64,000 nt of DNA. Origin: Azolla caroliniana. Lineage: Eukaryota > Plantae > Polypodiophyta. The stretch covers positions 7,874,001-7,938,000 of the forward strand of contig JBHGNT010000007.1 in assembly GCA_043228905.1 (NCBI GenBank). The letters run 5' to 3'. Every line of letters starts with the position of its first letter. Within the stretch, counting starts at the first letter, position 1. Positions 13,631 to 27,300 of this stretch are shown one piece after another. The notes beneath the pieces were generated by a model, which saw only the letters and a list, made by a program, of their open reading frames with translations, was not told where the DNA came from and did not search any database. A program made the position numbers and the translations under genes.

Positions 13631-14885
13631 TCAATTAGTAGACATACCACATTTGGCATAAATATTGATTAAAGCAATCCCAAGTAAAACGTCTTTATCA
13701 TGCAAGCCTCTACACACAACATCATCATGAATTTGTTTGCCCTTATGTAATGCTCCTATGTTGCTACACGCCTTCAAACTGCAAATGAACGTGGTAGTAT
13801 CTGGGGCAATGCCATCATTTTGAATCTGCTGAAAACAATCCAACACTTTGTGGCCTTGACCTTGTTTAGCATACTCACCTATAAGTGCATTCCAAGAGAC
13901 TATATCTCGAATAGGAAGGTCTTGAAGCACTTTCTGAGATTTTACAAACTACACATTTGGCATACATATTCATTAAGTTATTTCCAAGCATAAAATCATT
14001 TTTCAGCAACCTTTTTCCACAAGCGTTTAAAATGCAAATGAATGAGATCACATCACGAGAAAGCCCCTCACTTTGCATACGTTCAAAACACTTCAGTGCT
14101 TGAAGATCTTGCCCCTATTGGGTATACCCTAAAATTAATGCGGACCAAGAGACTACATCTTAGACATGAAGGCCATCGAGCACTTATTGAGCCGTCCCGA
14201 GTACACCGGATTCCAGATACATGTCAATCAAAGCATTTCCAATAACCGTATTCTTCTCCAACAAATCCTTGCTTCTAAATTGACTATGGATTAGTTTTCC
14301 TTTCTGTATATCTCCTGTGCTACCACAAACTCTTAAGATGCCAATAAGGGTTAGTATACTTGGAGAGAGGCCTTCGGTTTGCATAAGTTCCAAACTGTTC
14401 AATGCTTCATGGCATAGCCACCGTCCAACGAACCCTGTAATTAGTGAATTCCATGAAATAACATCACGAATAGGAAGCTCTTCTAAAATATTTTGTGCTT
14501 TTCCAAGCTCCCCACATTTTCCAAACATATCGATCAAAGAATTTCCAAGCATGATATTCTCCCTTAATAAGTTCTTACTCACAATTTCATTTTGAAATTG
14601 ATTGTTCATATATACTATACCTTCTATGTTGTCACAAGATTTCAAGATGCAAATCAAAGTCACTGCATTTGGAGAGAGACCCTCTTTTTGCATTATTGCA
14701 AAGCAATTGAACACTTCATAACATTTTTTTTGGTTAACATATCCTACAATTACAACACTCCACGAAGTCATGTCTTGGTTCGGAAGATGTAGTATCACTT
14801 TCTGTGCTTCTTACCACATTTTGCATACATCCATACTAAACTACTTCCAATATGGGTATTCTTCGCTAGAAAACCTCTTTGTAGA
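13631..14885 (-). pseudogene. PLS-class pentatricopeptide repeat (PPR) pseudogene
   Basis: Repeated motifs LGNSLIDMFGKCGEL..A, RDVISWNSLI.G, TFICSLKACSNIGAL..GKQIH; multiple frameshifts and stops. Confidence 0.85.
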
Positions 14886-14973
14886 ATATGAGCATGGACC
14901 TTGATACCTTCTCAAAGGTCTTTCTTCTTGGCACAAGCCTTGAGATTATAGAGTTGTTGCACAAGCTACTTGT

Positions 14974-17900
14974 TGTCATAGATAGGATGCCACATGGAAT
15001 GGTGAGGGTTGAACCCATGACCTTTTGGTCTTATTGGGAAACCTTACCAACTAAGCTACATCCATCTATGCATTATTGTATTGTGTAAGACTCAACTTAT
15101 TTCATTATAGATTGATCACTAGAACTTTCAAGAACCTTCTAGAGAATTCATCTTCATACACTCTCTAGAAGTTTCCATGCACTCTCTCTAGCTTTCATGC
15201 ATACCTCCACATTCTTGTATAAATACTGGGGTTCACCTTGATTACAATCAAGGTGAACAACACCAGTTACGAAAGCATATACAGTTCTTGTTTATTTGTC
15301 TATCTTCTCTCTTGCTTGTTCTCTTGTCTATGCTCTGTCTCCCGCTATCTCTTAATATTGAGCCTCGTCTACTTGTCCTTGACAATCTTGTGATCTTGCT
15401 TATGCTCTTGCTCTCTCTTAGTACTTAGCCTCATTCCACCCGTTTGTGAAAGTTTGTTCACCTTCCCATTTTCTAAACCTCAACATGTCGGATCTTACCG
15501 AGAGAATAAATCACCTCATGGAAGCCATGCATCAACTTCAACTTGAGAATGACAACCTTCAGGAATCGTTACGGAAGCTTCAAGTTGGAACACCGATGGA
15601 ACTCAAAGAAAAAAACAACTCTCCTCCTACATCAACAAATGTTCTACCTATAGAGCTTGGTTCCTCGTCTATGCTTTCTTCGACTCCTTCCCATCCCACT
15701 ACAAGTTGGGAGCCCAATATTAGTTTACCTGACAAGTTTGATGGCATGAGGAAGCGGTTCCGAGGGTTCATAAATCAGATCAAGCTTATTATCCAACTAC
15801 AACCTCAACGGTATGCAGATGATTTTCGTCAAGTTGGTCTCATTGGGACCCTTCTGTTCAGAGCTGCACAAGCCTGGTTTGCACCGTTGGTCGAAACTTC
15901 ATCACCACTTCTACAAAATTTTCTTGCCTTTATGGCAGAGTTTGAGGTAACATTTGGGGATACAAACTGACGCCGAACTGCCATCACTAAACTCTATTCA
16001 TTACATCAAGGTCTGCGTCTAATATCCATTTATGCCTCTAAATTTAGACAATTAGCAAGTGATGTTTAGTGGGATGGCCAGGCTCTCTGTGACCATTTTC
16101 ATTGGGGCCTTCGAAGCGAGATTAAAAATTTTACTCAACTTTCCGGAGCCTACATCATTGTCGCAAGCCATCATCCAAGCAATTAGTTGTGACAATCGGT
16201 TGTTTGAGCTTCGTCAAGAGGAACGAGCAACTTCAAGGTGGAAACCCTCTTCGAGATCTTCTCCATCATCATCGTACGATGACCCTGTGCCAATGGAAAT
16301 TGATTGAGCTCATGCCCCGCCACTCACCGAGGGTGAATGGAGGTATCACCAAACCAACGAACTATGTTTATATTGTGGTGCATCCACCCATCTCATTCGT
16401 TTTTGCCCAATAAAGAATAATCAATGACAAATATCTACAAACAATACGACAAGATAGCCCCAACAACGGGAAAACGACGATGTCCAACTACAGTAGGAGC
16501 CACGTGGTTGGACAATCCGCATTCGAGTCACTCCCATAGTTCGGCTACATCGACAAAAGATTTCTCCTTTCCAGTAAGCATCCATTTCAAGTCGATTTCA
16601 ATTAGATTCTTAGCACTTCTAGATTCCGGGGCAACAACGTGTTTTATGGACGAAAGGTTTGTTCATAAACACAAATTCCCGGTTGTCCGATTGTCCAAGC
16701 CAATCCCAGTGGAAGCTATCGATGGACGCATGCTTTCTTTGAGAGCAGTCACAGAAGCCACTGTCCCACTTATCTTACAGCTCGGGGACCACCAAGAGGC
16801 CTTAACGTTTTATGTTATCACTTCACCGTGACATCTGGTCATCCTCGGTTTGTCTTGGTTGAAGGCACAAAATCCACTTGTTGATTGGCGCAATCACTTG
16901 ATTACTTTCTCCCAAACTAGCTCGGAGGTGCAAGCAATATCTCATGTTGTTGCAGGCGCTCACCCTCCCATTAATGCAGGAATCAGCTCCAAGGCGGATG
17001 CTCACATCCCAGTCACAACAAGGAAAATAGTGCATAGTGCCTCGTCAAGCAATCCAATGAGGATAGCTACTGACTCACTACCGCCCAAGTATGAAGACTT
17101 CAAGGACGTATTTGAGAAAAAGAATGTTGATGACTTGCCTGAGCATCGACGCTACGACTGTCTGATCGATCTGCAAGAAGGTGCCAATCCTCCATTTGGT
17201 CCAATTTATGGGTTGTCAGAACTAGAACTTCAGGCACTCCGAACGTATCTCGACGAGAACCTTGAAAAGGGTTTTATTCAACCCTCAAAATCATCAGCAA
17301 GAGAGCTCCTATTTTGTTCGTGAAAAAGAAAGATGGATCCTTACGCCTCTGCGTCGACTATCGGGGTCTAAACAAGATTATTGTTCGCAACCGCTACCCA
17401 CTACCTCTCATCCCAGAGTTGTTGGATCGACTCCGGACTGGGAAGATCTTCTCCAAGATTGACCTATGGGGAGCATACAATTTGGTATGGATCAAACCTG
17501 GAGATGAATGGAAAACCGCCTTTAGAATGCGCTATGGACATTTCGAGTATAAGGTAATGCCTTTCGGCCTCACTAATGCTCCTGCAGTATTTTAGCATAT
17601 GATGAATGACATATTCCAATAATATCTAGATCACTTTGTTGTTATCTATCTAGATAATATCTTGGTCTTCTCTTTGAACATCAAGGAGCATACTCGACAT
17701 GTTGGGTTAGTCCTCGCCAAACTTCGCGAGCACAGACTCTATGCTAAAAGTGAAAAATGTGAATTTGATCGTACTTCTATAGAGTTTCTTGGGTATGTCA
17801 TTTCGACACAGGGAATCACAATGGACATACGGAAAGTCAAGACTATCCAAGAGTGGGTTGTCCCAATTCGGGTACGAGATGTGCAATGATTCCTTGGTTT

Positions 17901-20219
17901 TGCCAATTTTTATCATCACTTCATCAAAGGATTCTCAGTGATCGCAAAACCTCTCATTGCTCTTACCCGCAAGGATGCTACTTTCAAATGGACAACAACT
18001 GCCCAAAAGGCGTATGACTTGTTGAAACATGCCTTTACTATGGCACCAATCCTTTTACATCTTGACCCAACTAAGCCTTTCCAAGTCAAAACGAATGCTT
18101 CCAATTTTGCCATTGGGGTGATCCTCTCCCAGCTAGATGACGTCGGTGTGCTTCACCTAGTGGCTTACTACTCCTGCAAATTCACGGCCCCAAAAATCAA
18201 CTACCCCATATACGACAAGGAGCCTCTCGCTATTATTGCTGCTTTTGAAGAATGGAGACCCTATTTAGCCAGGGCGCAACACCGTATCCAAGTGATTACC
18301 AATCACAAAAATCTAATATACTTTTCTACCACACGAACCTTAAATCATAGACAGGCGCGATGGTCGACCTTCTTGGCAGACTATGATTTTGAGATAATCT
18401 TTCGACCCGACACTCAACACATGACAATGGATGTCTTATCCCGTCGGTCTGAGTTCGACATCACTCCAGAGGATGAAGCCTATGTTCAACAGTCCCAGAG
18501 TTTGTTAAAGCCTAACCAATTCTACAACTTCGCGACTTGCTTGCTCTGGGATGACTCTTTGCTCAAGAAAATAGCAGAAGCCACTACGACTGACAAGTTC
18601 GCCACAGAGGTCAAGGCAAGTATCACAAACCCCTCCCACCCAAAAGACCTAATTTAGCTCGTTTTACAATTCAAGATAATCTTTTGTTTCAAGATAATCT
18701 TTTGTATGTCCCAGAAGGTCCTTGTCGGACAAGGGTGCTTCACGAGTGTCACGATGATCCACTTGTTGGTCATTTTGGCGTTGTGAAAACCTTGGAGTTC
18801 ATATCTCGGGGATATTGGTGGCCACAACCATGGAAATTGGTCAAAGAGTTCATTAAATCATGCGACGTTTGTGCTCACTCTAAAGCATCTCATCATTGAC
18901 TATATGGTCTCCTTCACCCTCTCCTAATCCCCAAACAACCTTGGGCCTCTCTTTCCATGGATTTCATCACTGACCTTCCCTTTGTTGGTGGTTATGACTC
19001 GGTATTCGTCATGGTCGATCGCTTCACCAAGATGGCTCATTTTGCTCCATGTCCCAAAACCATTACCGGAGAGGAGACAACCGATTTGTTTTTCAAAAAT
19101 GTGGTTCGACTACATGGACTCCCGAACGATATCACTTCTGATCGAGGACCACAATTTGTTTCCAAATTTCTGGCGACGGCTTCTGCAAACCTTCAATTGT
19201 ACTGTGAATCTATCTTCTGCTTATCATCCGCAAATCGATGGACAAACGGAGCGGGTTAACCAAACCTTAGAACAATACTTGTGGCGCTCTCTTAGTTACC
19301 AACAAGACAACTGGGTTGACCTTCTCCCACTTGCCGAGTTCACCTACAACAACTCTCTGCATGCATCTACGGGAGTTACTCCATTTTTTGCCAACTACGG
19401 TCTCCACCCCCGCTTCCTGATTTTGCTTCCCTCAATCCTTCTGCAGAGGACCGGGCACGTCTCTTGGAGGATGTACATCACGATCTTTCCTTGTACATCA
19501 ACACCCATCTCCTCCAACACCAATCCAGCTCTCAACCGGAGAAGAATATGAGGCCGACCAAATTCTCGACTCTTGTCTCTTCCGTCGCCAGGTTCAATAC
19601 ATTGTCCTCTTGAAAGGGTACCCGATCTCCGAAGCAACATGGGAGTCGTCACATCATCTCAAGCATGCCCTAGACATAGTTTGAGCATTTCATGAACGTT
19701 ATCCACAAAAACCGGTCGTGGGTCCAAGGAGGATAATCTCATAGACAAGATGCCACATGGAATGGTGGGGGTTGAACCCATGACCTTCTGGTCTTATTGG
19801 GCAACCTTACCAATTGAGCTACATCCATCTATGCATTATTGTATTGTGTAAGACTCAACTTATTTCATTATTGATCACTAGAACTTTCAAGAACCTTCTA
19901 GAGAATGCATCTTCATGCACTCTCTTGAAGTTTCCATGCATTCTCTAGAAGTCTTCTAGCTTTCATGCATACCTCCACATTCTTGTATAAATACTGGGGT
20001 TCACCTTGATTACAATCAAGGTGAACAACACCAGTTACGAAAGCATATATAGTTCTTGTTTATTTGTTTATCCTCTCTCTTGCTTGTTCTCTTGTCTATG
20101 CTCTGTCTCCCGCTATCTCTTAATATTTAGCATCGTCTACTTGTCCTTGACAATCTTGTGATCTTGCTTATGCTCTTGCTCTCTCTTAGTACTTAGCCTC
20201 ATTCCACCCGTTCGTGACA
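14974..20219 (+). mobile_element. Ty3/Gypsy chromovirus-type (Tcn1-like) LTR retrotransposon, degenerate; LTRs 14974-15451 and 19737-20219
   Basis: TSD CTTGT (14969-14973 and 20220-20224); paired LTRs; gag (LPDKFDG), protease (ALLDSGA), RT, RNaseH and integrase (MDFITDLP, SDRGPQF) in Gypsy order with stops; no tRNA PBS. Confidence 0.92.
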
Positions 20220-20224
20220 CTTGT

Positions 20225-20527
20225 GAGGTTATATGGATAGAGATGTCGCTTAAAGACCTTGGATTTACTATACAAAGGCCGATTCAAATATTTTGTGATA
20301 CCATAAGTTCTATTATGTTGGCAAAAAATCTAGTTTTTCATGCCACAACCAAACTTATAGAGGTCCACTATCATTATGTTCATGAAAAAGTGATTGAAGG
20401 GGTTGTAGACCTAAAATATATTGAAATTGAAGACCAAATTGATAATGTTTTCACAAAAGCTCTTAGAAAAGATAGGTTGTTCCCTATTTTTTCTTTGTCG
20501 ATCAACACAATGGGTCGAACAACTTAA
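20225..20527 (+). mobile_element. Copia RNaseH relic, continuing from about 14900-14970 and split by the Gypsy insertion
   Basis: YRVVAQAT|CEVIW...LAKNLVFHATTKLIEVHYHYVHEKV...DNVFTKAL. Confidence 0.7.
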
Positions 20528-20596
20528 TCACTAAGTCGTCCTATCAAAAGATTGTGGTTGGAGATATGGTGTTCGTTGACACTAATACTTACTCAG

Positions 20597-21743
20597 TGTT
20601 AGGATTTTGGTCCCTCCGGATGGGATATGAGTACCCGGCAACGGAAGACCCGGTGAGAACCGGATGACGCAGGCCCGGTGAGAACCTCTCACCGGATGAA
20701 GGGACATATATATAAATATGTTTATGTTAGCCCATTGTGGCTATATTTGTAAATAGCCCAAAAGTCATATTAGTATAAATATGACTTAGGGCAAATAGGT
20801 TTGTGTATGTGTTTGGTGATCGTGGGTTTTTTGAGTTGTCATATTGTTGTAACTGTTGTATAGAGAGAGCGAGAGAGAGAGAGAGAGAGAGAGAAAGAGC
20901 GTGAGAGCAGCTACGAGCACTCTTTGTTGTAACTGTCGCTTGGCGAAGATCGCGAGGACAAGGTCGTTGCCTCTGTGCCTACATTTTGTATTTCCTCTCT
21001 TCATAACGATAGTTCGGAGTCTATGGGCTCCCGTGGTTTTTCCCTATTAGGGTTTTCCACGTAAACATCTTGTGTATCATTTTCTTGTGTACTCTCTTTC
21101 AGTGTTTTTTGTATATACGTGCATCTATCTCCACATTCCCAGTTCTGTGATTGTAATTCTCAACGAAGTAGTTGAACACTCGGTTGTGGCCGAGCATTAT
21201 TCCGCATATTCTTTACAATCTGGTATCATAGCGAATAGCACAGAAAATGGAAGAATCGTTCGGCGGCATGTTCAAGCTCACCAGCTCCAACTACTCAGTG
21301 TGGAAGTCGAAGATGAGGGACATGCTCGTGGTCAAAGATCTCTGGTTGCCGGTTCAATTCGGGGACAAGAGACCGGACAAGATCGACGCCACGGTTTGGG
21401 AGGTGATGCACATGAAGACAATGACTTACATTCGGTGCTTCATTGACATGAGCCTGTACAACAACTTCAATGAAGAGAGCAAGGCTCATGAGCTCTGGGA
21501 GAAGATCGCCATTATGTTTCAGAACAAAAATGCCATTAATCAGTTTTCGGTATTTCGGAAGTTATTGAGGCTCCGGTACCAAGACGGCTCCAGTATGGCG
21601 GAGCACATGAATGCCTTTCAGGGGCTAATACACCAAGCAACCTCGTTGGAAGTACCTCTTGCCGATGAGGTACTTGCTCTACTCTTGCTCGGTTCCCTCC
21701 CGAATAGCTGGGAGACGTTAGTTGTCACATTGGGCAACGCCGG
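20597..21743 (+). mobile_element. 5' part of a Copia element (LTR 20597-21217, tRNA-Met PBS, gag), interrupted at 21744
   Basis: TGTT...TACA LTR, TGGTATCATAGC at 21221, gag KLTSSNYSVWKSKMRDML...LLLGSLPNSWE. Confidence 0.82.
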
Positions 21744-24275
21744 TGTCGTGGAGAAAACCGTCCATAGGAGGAATTAGTGGATGATATGTGTTAACCGGCC
21801 CTTACTCACGGGCACATGTTTTGATATATTTATATACATAGTTAAGTATAGGCCGACGATGTAATTATCCTAGGTAGCACTAGTTCATTAAGTAGGGAAT
21901 CGAAGAGAATAATAGGGATTTAACAGTCTATAAACGACTCTCTCCTTGTGCTATAAAAGGAGAGGGAAAGGGCCTGAGCAGGAATCGGGCATTTTAGAGA
22001 GGACGACGTGTTGTCGGACTGGGAACTGAGCTCTTTCCTCCACCATCGTTGTTGTTGGGATTTTGGGGTTAGGTTGGCTGCCTCTGCTGCGTGAAAGCCT
22101 GCGTGCTTCCGGTAGAGGCTCCACCACGTATTTCAGGGCGTGCGTTCGTCTGTGTCGAGTTTATCACCGGCTTGCCGGTTGTAACATTGCAAGCTGTAAT
22201 CTATATTGTTATTGGATTTGATTCTTTCATTTTTCGTCTCTGTGTGTTTCAACGAGTCTCTCTCTTTCTCTCTCTCTCTCTCTCACGTTCCTTGGTTCAA
22301 GGCCCCCGCGGTCCCGCCTTATTTCCTACGCGTGTGCGTAACAATACAACATAAATTTGGTGAACCCAACGTGAAAAGGAGGTAGAGGAATAAAAAATGA
22401 GGGGATCAGAGCTCGCCAAAGCCATGGAGGCAGTAGTCGATCGGATAGTAAGTGCTCGCGAGGGCACGAGCGCCCTCGATAGGGCCATCAAAGCAATCGT
22501 CGGCACAATAGGCCGGTTTTATGGGAAGGATGCCACGCCTTATTTGGTGGCCTACCAGGCCGAGATGGTGATGAGGGACATCCCGGAAGAAAGGCGTCTG
22601 GCTGGGTTCCCTCGCGTAGCAACACCGGGCATCCACGTAGAGGTGCTCGAGGTGCAGGCTGGATGCCAGACTTAGGGAGAATTTGAAGCGCAACTCCTCG
22701 AGCAATACGGGTTTGATGACACGCTTCGGTTATCGAAGAGGGACTTTATGGATTGGGTAGAGACCCTAGAAAAGGGAAGGAATGCGTCGGCGCTCCTCCA
22801 GGAGTTCGAGGAACGCTTCGTAAGACTTTCAGTGCTGGACAGGACCGTACTGGTCACAAGCCGTGTCCTTTTATTCGTCAAAGTTGTGGATGTGCGGAAT
22901 CGGGAACAAGTGGGTCTCCTGCTGGAGACGGACGATGGGTTGACGGCTGACTGGGCCATGGTAAAGGGGGTCTACGACCGTTTCTACAAACGACGTGAGT
23001 GGGTCGACAAGGGCTTGTCGGGGGTAGGAAGGGTTGCGGCAAGAAACCTTGAGGGACCCCTGCCGGTGCACAAGGAGGAAACCCGGGGTTGGCTTGAGAC
23101 AGGCTCCTCTGACGTGGTCAAGGGCCCGTCCGGCGGAGCGGCTCTAGAAGAGGTGACGCAGATGGTACGAGACCTCCAGATTGCACAAGCGAGGAGGGAT
23201 GGCGGTGAGCAGCCTCGTGATCGAAGGCCTCCGGGTGGGCATCGATGCTTGTGGTGTGACGCGGTCGGTCACGTCCGGAAGGACTGCGTGGACTTCACGG
23301 AAGCAATAAGGGCTAATGTGTTATACCTATGGAATGGGAGGGTGCACGCAAGCGAGACTTGGAGAGCCCTAGAGTTGAATATCGGACAGGGAGGGATGAA
23401 GAGACTGATGGAAGAAGCAGTGGTGCGCCACGCGGAGACCATCCACTACTCGGCGTCGGCAGGAATCCGGGTCGAGAGTGACGAAGGCCGGAAGACGAAA
23501 GACTCCGGGTTTTGGCTGGTGGTGCTAGAAGGCCTCGCGGGCATACGGTTGAGAAGGGAGGAAGCGGACCGTGTGGAAAGACGAGTCCAGGAGGTCACCG
23601 GGTGGAGCGATCCAGTCGAAGAAAAGACCAGCTTTGTGGAAGCCACGTGCCAAAACTACGAAGTTCTGGTAGAAGACAAGCGTGCGGGAAAGGCCAGAGG
23701 GGCCGGATCTTCGCAACGATACGAGACCTGATTCGGGCCGAAGTAGAATGACGTTGGTGCTGCCGACACACTGGATAAAGCAAAGAAAGCCGGCTACCGG
23801 TTGAGCACCGAGATAGAAAGAACGATGCGTCAGAACCTTTCATCAGTAACCCAAGTCTACGGGATCTAGTCGGCATAGCTCACCAGTTCACCGACATAAC
23901 GCTACGAGAGCTCAAGGTTGGTGGGGGTGGCTTTCTACTGCCGGCGGAGGAGGAATGGTTTCGAAGAATGCTCGGGAGGCACGGGAAGGCCTTCACATTC
24001 TCACTAGGAGAGATCAGGTGCGTGGACCCGACGATCGTTGAGCCGATGGTTATTTTTACAGTACTGAATGTGCCATGGAATCTCAAACCGATTCCAGTGC
24101 CTAGAGCTCACATCCCGAAGCTGATGGAGCTGCTGAAGCAGAAGGTGGAGATGGGCATCCTCAAACCGTCGAGTGCCCCATACTCGAATCGGTGGTTTAC
24201 TGTGCCTAAGAAGACTGGCACGTTGCGCTTCATTTAGGACCTGCAGCCGGTCAATAAATTGACCATTCGAAATGT
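21744..24275 (+). mobile_element. Non-chromovirus Gypsy element A with tRNA-Trp PBS (LTR 21744-22351, gag with CCHC knuckle, start of RT), interrupted
   Basis: PBS TGGTGAACCCAACGTGAA at 22358; CLWCDAVGHVRKDC; RT start SSAPYSNRWFTVPKKTGTLRFI.DLQPVNK. Confidence 0.78.
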
Positions 24276-24386
24276 TGTCGCGTTGTTACGCGTGTGCGTG
24301 TAGAACGAGGCGGGACCATGGGGGCCTTGGACCAAGGAATAACCGATCAGGAGCGGGAGCAAGAAAGACAACGGCCATGCTTCCAG

Positions 24387-27300
24387 CATGGTTGTAACAT
24401 ACGTAGCATACCGTACGCGTACAATACATATGTTACGTATTTTATAAGTATTCTAAATTATTTTTATAAGTTCTTAGAATACGTATTTAAAGGTAAAATA
24501 CATTGAGTTCGTTGAGTACGTTAAATACGTTTTGAATACGTTGAATACTTTAACACCATTGATGTTGAATGCAAAGATACTGGGATTTGAATAGTATTTA
24601 CTATAATAGTAAATACAAATTATCTTTATTTCCCATGGATAATACATGGTTATCTATGTTTCAATACATGTGGTATACATATTTTAAAATGAAAGTGGAG
24701 ATTCAAGAGTCAAGAACATAATTGAAGTTTGAATCAAAACACATATTATTTCAATCCTCATAGAAAATGAATAAAGTAATAAAAAAACTATTAAAATTTA
24801 AAACTTTCTTCATACTCATAGTTATTGGTTCTTAAATTCAAATAAATATGTAAAAACCAAGAATCCATGCAATTTTCGATTATGTTTCTTCTTCAACATC
24901 ATCATTAGAAGATTCCGTTGTTGTATCATCATAGTTGTCCACATAATCACTATCTAAAGATGAATCAACTATGGCATTGTCAATGTCTTCATCCTCTTGA
25001 TCTCCATCATCATTTCCATATTCAGAATTGCAAGCCTCAATTGTAGTTTGTCGAGTATTTACCCTTCTTGTACTTGCAACTCTCGCGCAAACTCTTCTAA
25101 TAGTGCTAGAACTTGATCCCACCAATCCTTCATCCACTATCATATTGGCAAACTTAGATCTACTTTGAGTAACCCGACCAATATGCATAGCCTCTGCTTC
25201 CTCAAAATATGCTTGTGCAACTTGAGTATCAATATTGGTTGTTGATGGAAGCATTTCAGCAGTCTTGTCAATGTCTATCTCATCAGGATTTACCTAAATC
25301 AAATAATATTTACCAATTAACAAGGTTCGTTAATTAACCTACAAATGATTTTCTAAACATCAACTTTCAAGTGTCAAATATGAGTAAGAAAGATGTAGAC
25401 CTGCATTGGAAGACCTGCATGAGTTTGAAAGCTTCGAACAAGCCTTAAGTTTTCTCTAACATATACTAATCTCTCCACTTGTTTCACCTTCAAACGATTC
25501 CTCCTTTTTGTATGTGCCAATGCATGTGCATTCCAATTTCTTTCAACAGCACTAGAAGAGCAATCCTATGACACAGTATTAAGCAAACAATACATGTCAT
25601 TGTAGAAGATTAATAAAATTGAAACATTAATAAAAAAATGAGTTATAATACCTGAGACAATACTCTACAAGCTAATGACTGTAGCAAGGGCACATTGTCT
25701 CCATATCTTTCCCATCATGAAACAGGTTTACATTTTGCAATGTGTGACTTTGATAACTCATTGCTAAATTGGCCCACACCATTTCTATACATGTCAAATT
25801 GATCTTGCAAGATTTCACATTCATCTATAGAATATACTTTTTGAATATATGCAAGCCATCCATCCGTCATCTCTGCATTCATAATAATTGGTTGATCTTT
25901 GGGCTTCCATAAAGGATGCAAAATATGTGCAACCATATGAATTGGCTTTTTGAACCATGATCAACGACAATCAAAACATTCCAAAACCTCTTTATATCTG
26001 CATTAACATTTGACAAACTTAAATCAAAACTGGAAATCAGTTACTGAAATATGCATAATATAGACAACAACAATGATTCAAAGAAATGAAAAAGATGTAA
26101 TAAACAACAATTGTACATACTACATAGTACATAGAAATAATAATATTAGAATAGAAACATATTACCTATCCTTGTGTAATGTGTCGTCTCTTGCTCCTCG
26201 TTCCAATGTCTCTAGCCCTCCTCATGAACTCATAAAGTAAGCCCATTGTAGATCCTTCACGATCAGTTAGCCGCAAAACAGAAAACGATGGATGCATAAT
26301 CGAAATTACAATCATAATTGAAGGCAAAGTAGAGCTATCTTGCACAATGGACTTCACCTTGACAGCATCTGGCTTTTTGGAGTCACTCAAATCCTCCCAA
26401 TAGTTACTAACCACAGTTTGTTCTAGGGCTCTCCAAACTCTTGCCAGCCTCTCAAGGACAATAAGGATATAGCCAAATCGAGTGGCACTTGGCCTAAGGA
26501 GCACAAGAGATGAATAGTTGCTGAAAATTTTTCGTGCATTCCTTTTCTTGGTGAATAGTCTAACCACATAATTTGCTCTCTTGTGCACTCCACGAACCCA
26601 AGACAACTTCCCAATACCCTCTAGCAATAAATCTAAACAATGTGATGCACAAGGAGTCCATACAAGGCTTGGGAATTTAGTCTCTAGAATGTGACCCATG
26701 CTAACACAATTAGATGCATTGTCAGTGACAATTTGCACCACATTTTCTACTTTTACTTCATTTATTGCAGTTGATAGCATTTCAGCCAACCATGGACCGT
26801 TGACCCTTGTAGAAACACCACTACAATCAATAGTTTTAAGGTACATAGTACCATAACAACATGAGACCAAAATATTCACAAGTGCTCGCTTGCTAGTGTC
26901 AATCCATCCATCTGAAAGTATGGTAACTCCATATTTTGGCCAAAGGGCTTTCACATTTTCCACTTTGTGTTGAACATTCAAATGCTCTTTCTTTAAATAT
27001 TTAGCTCTTAAATCATTGTAGGTAATACCACTATACTTTTCCCCAATATCAGAGAAAGCTAACAACATGTTCCTCCAACATGACATTTTCAAAAGATTAA
27101 AAGATAGATTACCTTCCACAATGCATCTAACCAACATTGTGTTTGCATGGTCTTTCTTGATCAACATAGCAGCATTTGATCCTCTCCTTATCTTGCTTTG
27201 AGTGAGACCTTTTCTTCTTGAACCTTATGTATCTTCAATATCAATAGGAATTTGGTCTATTGAATCCTTCTTAGATGAGGCACTTATGCTAGCCATTGAA

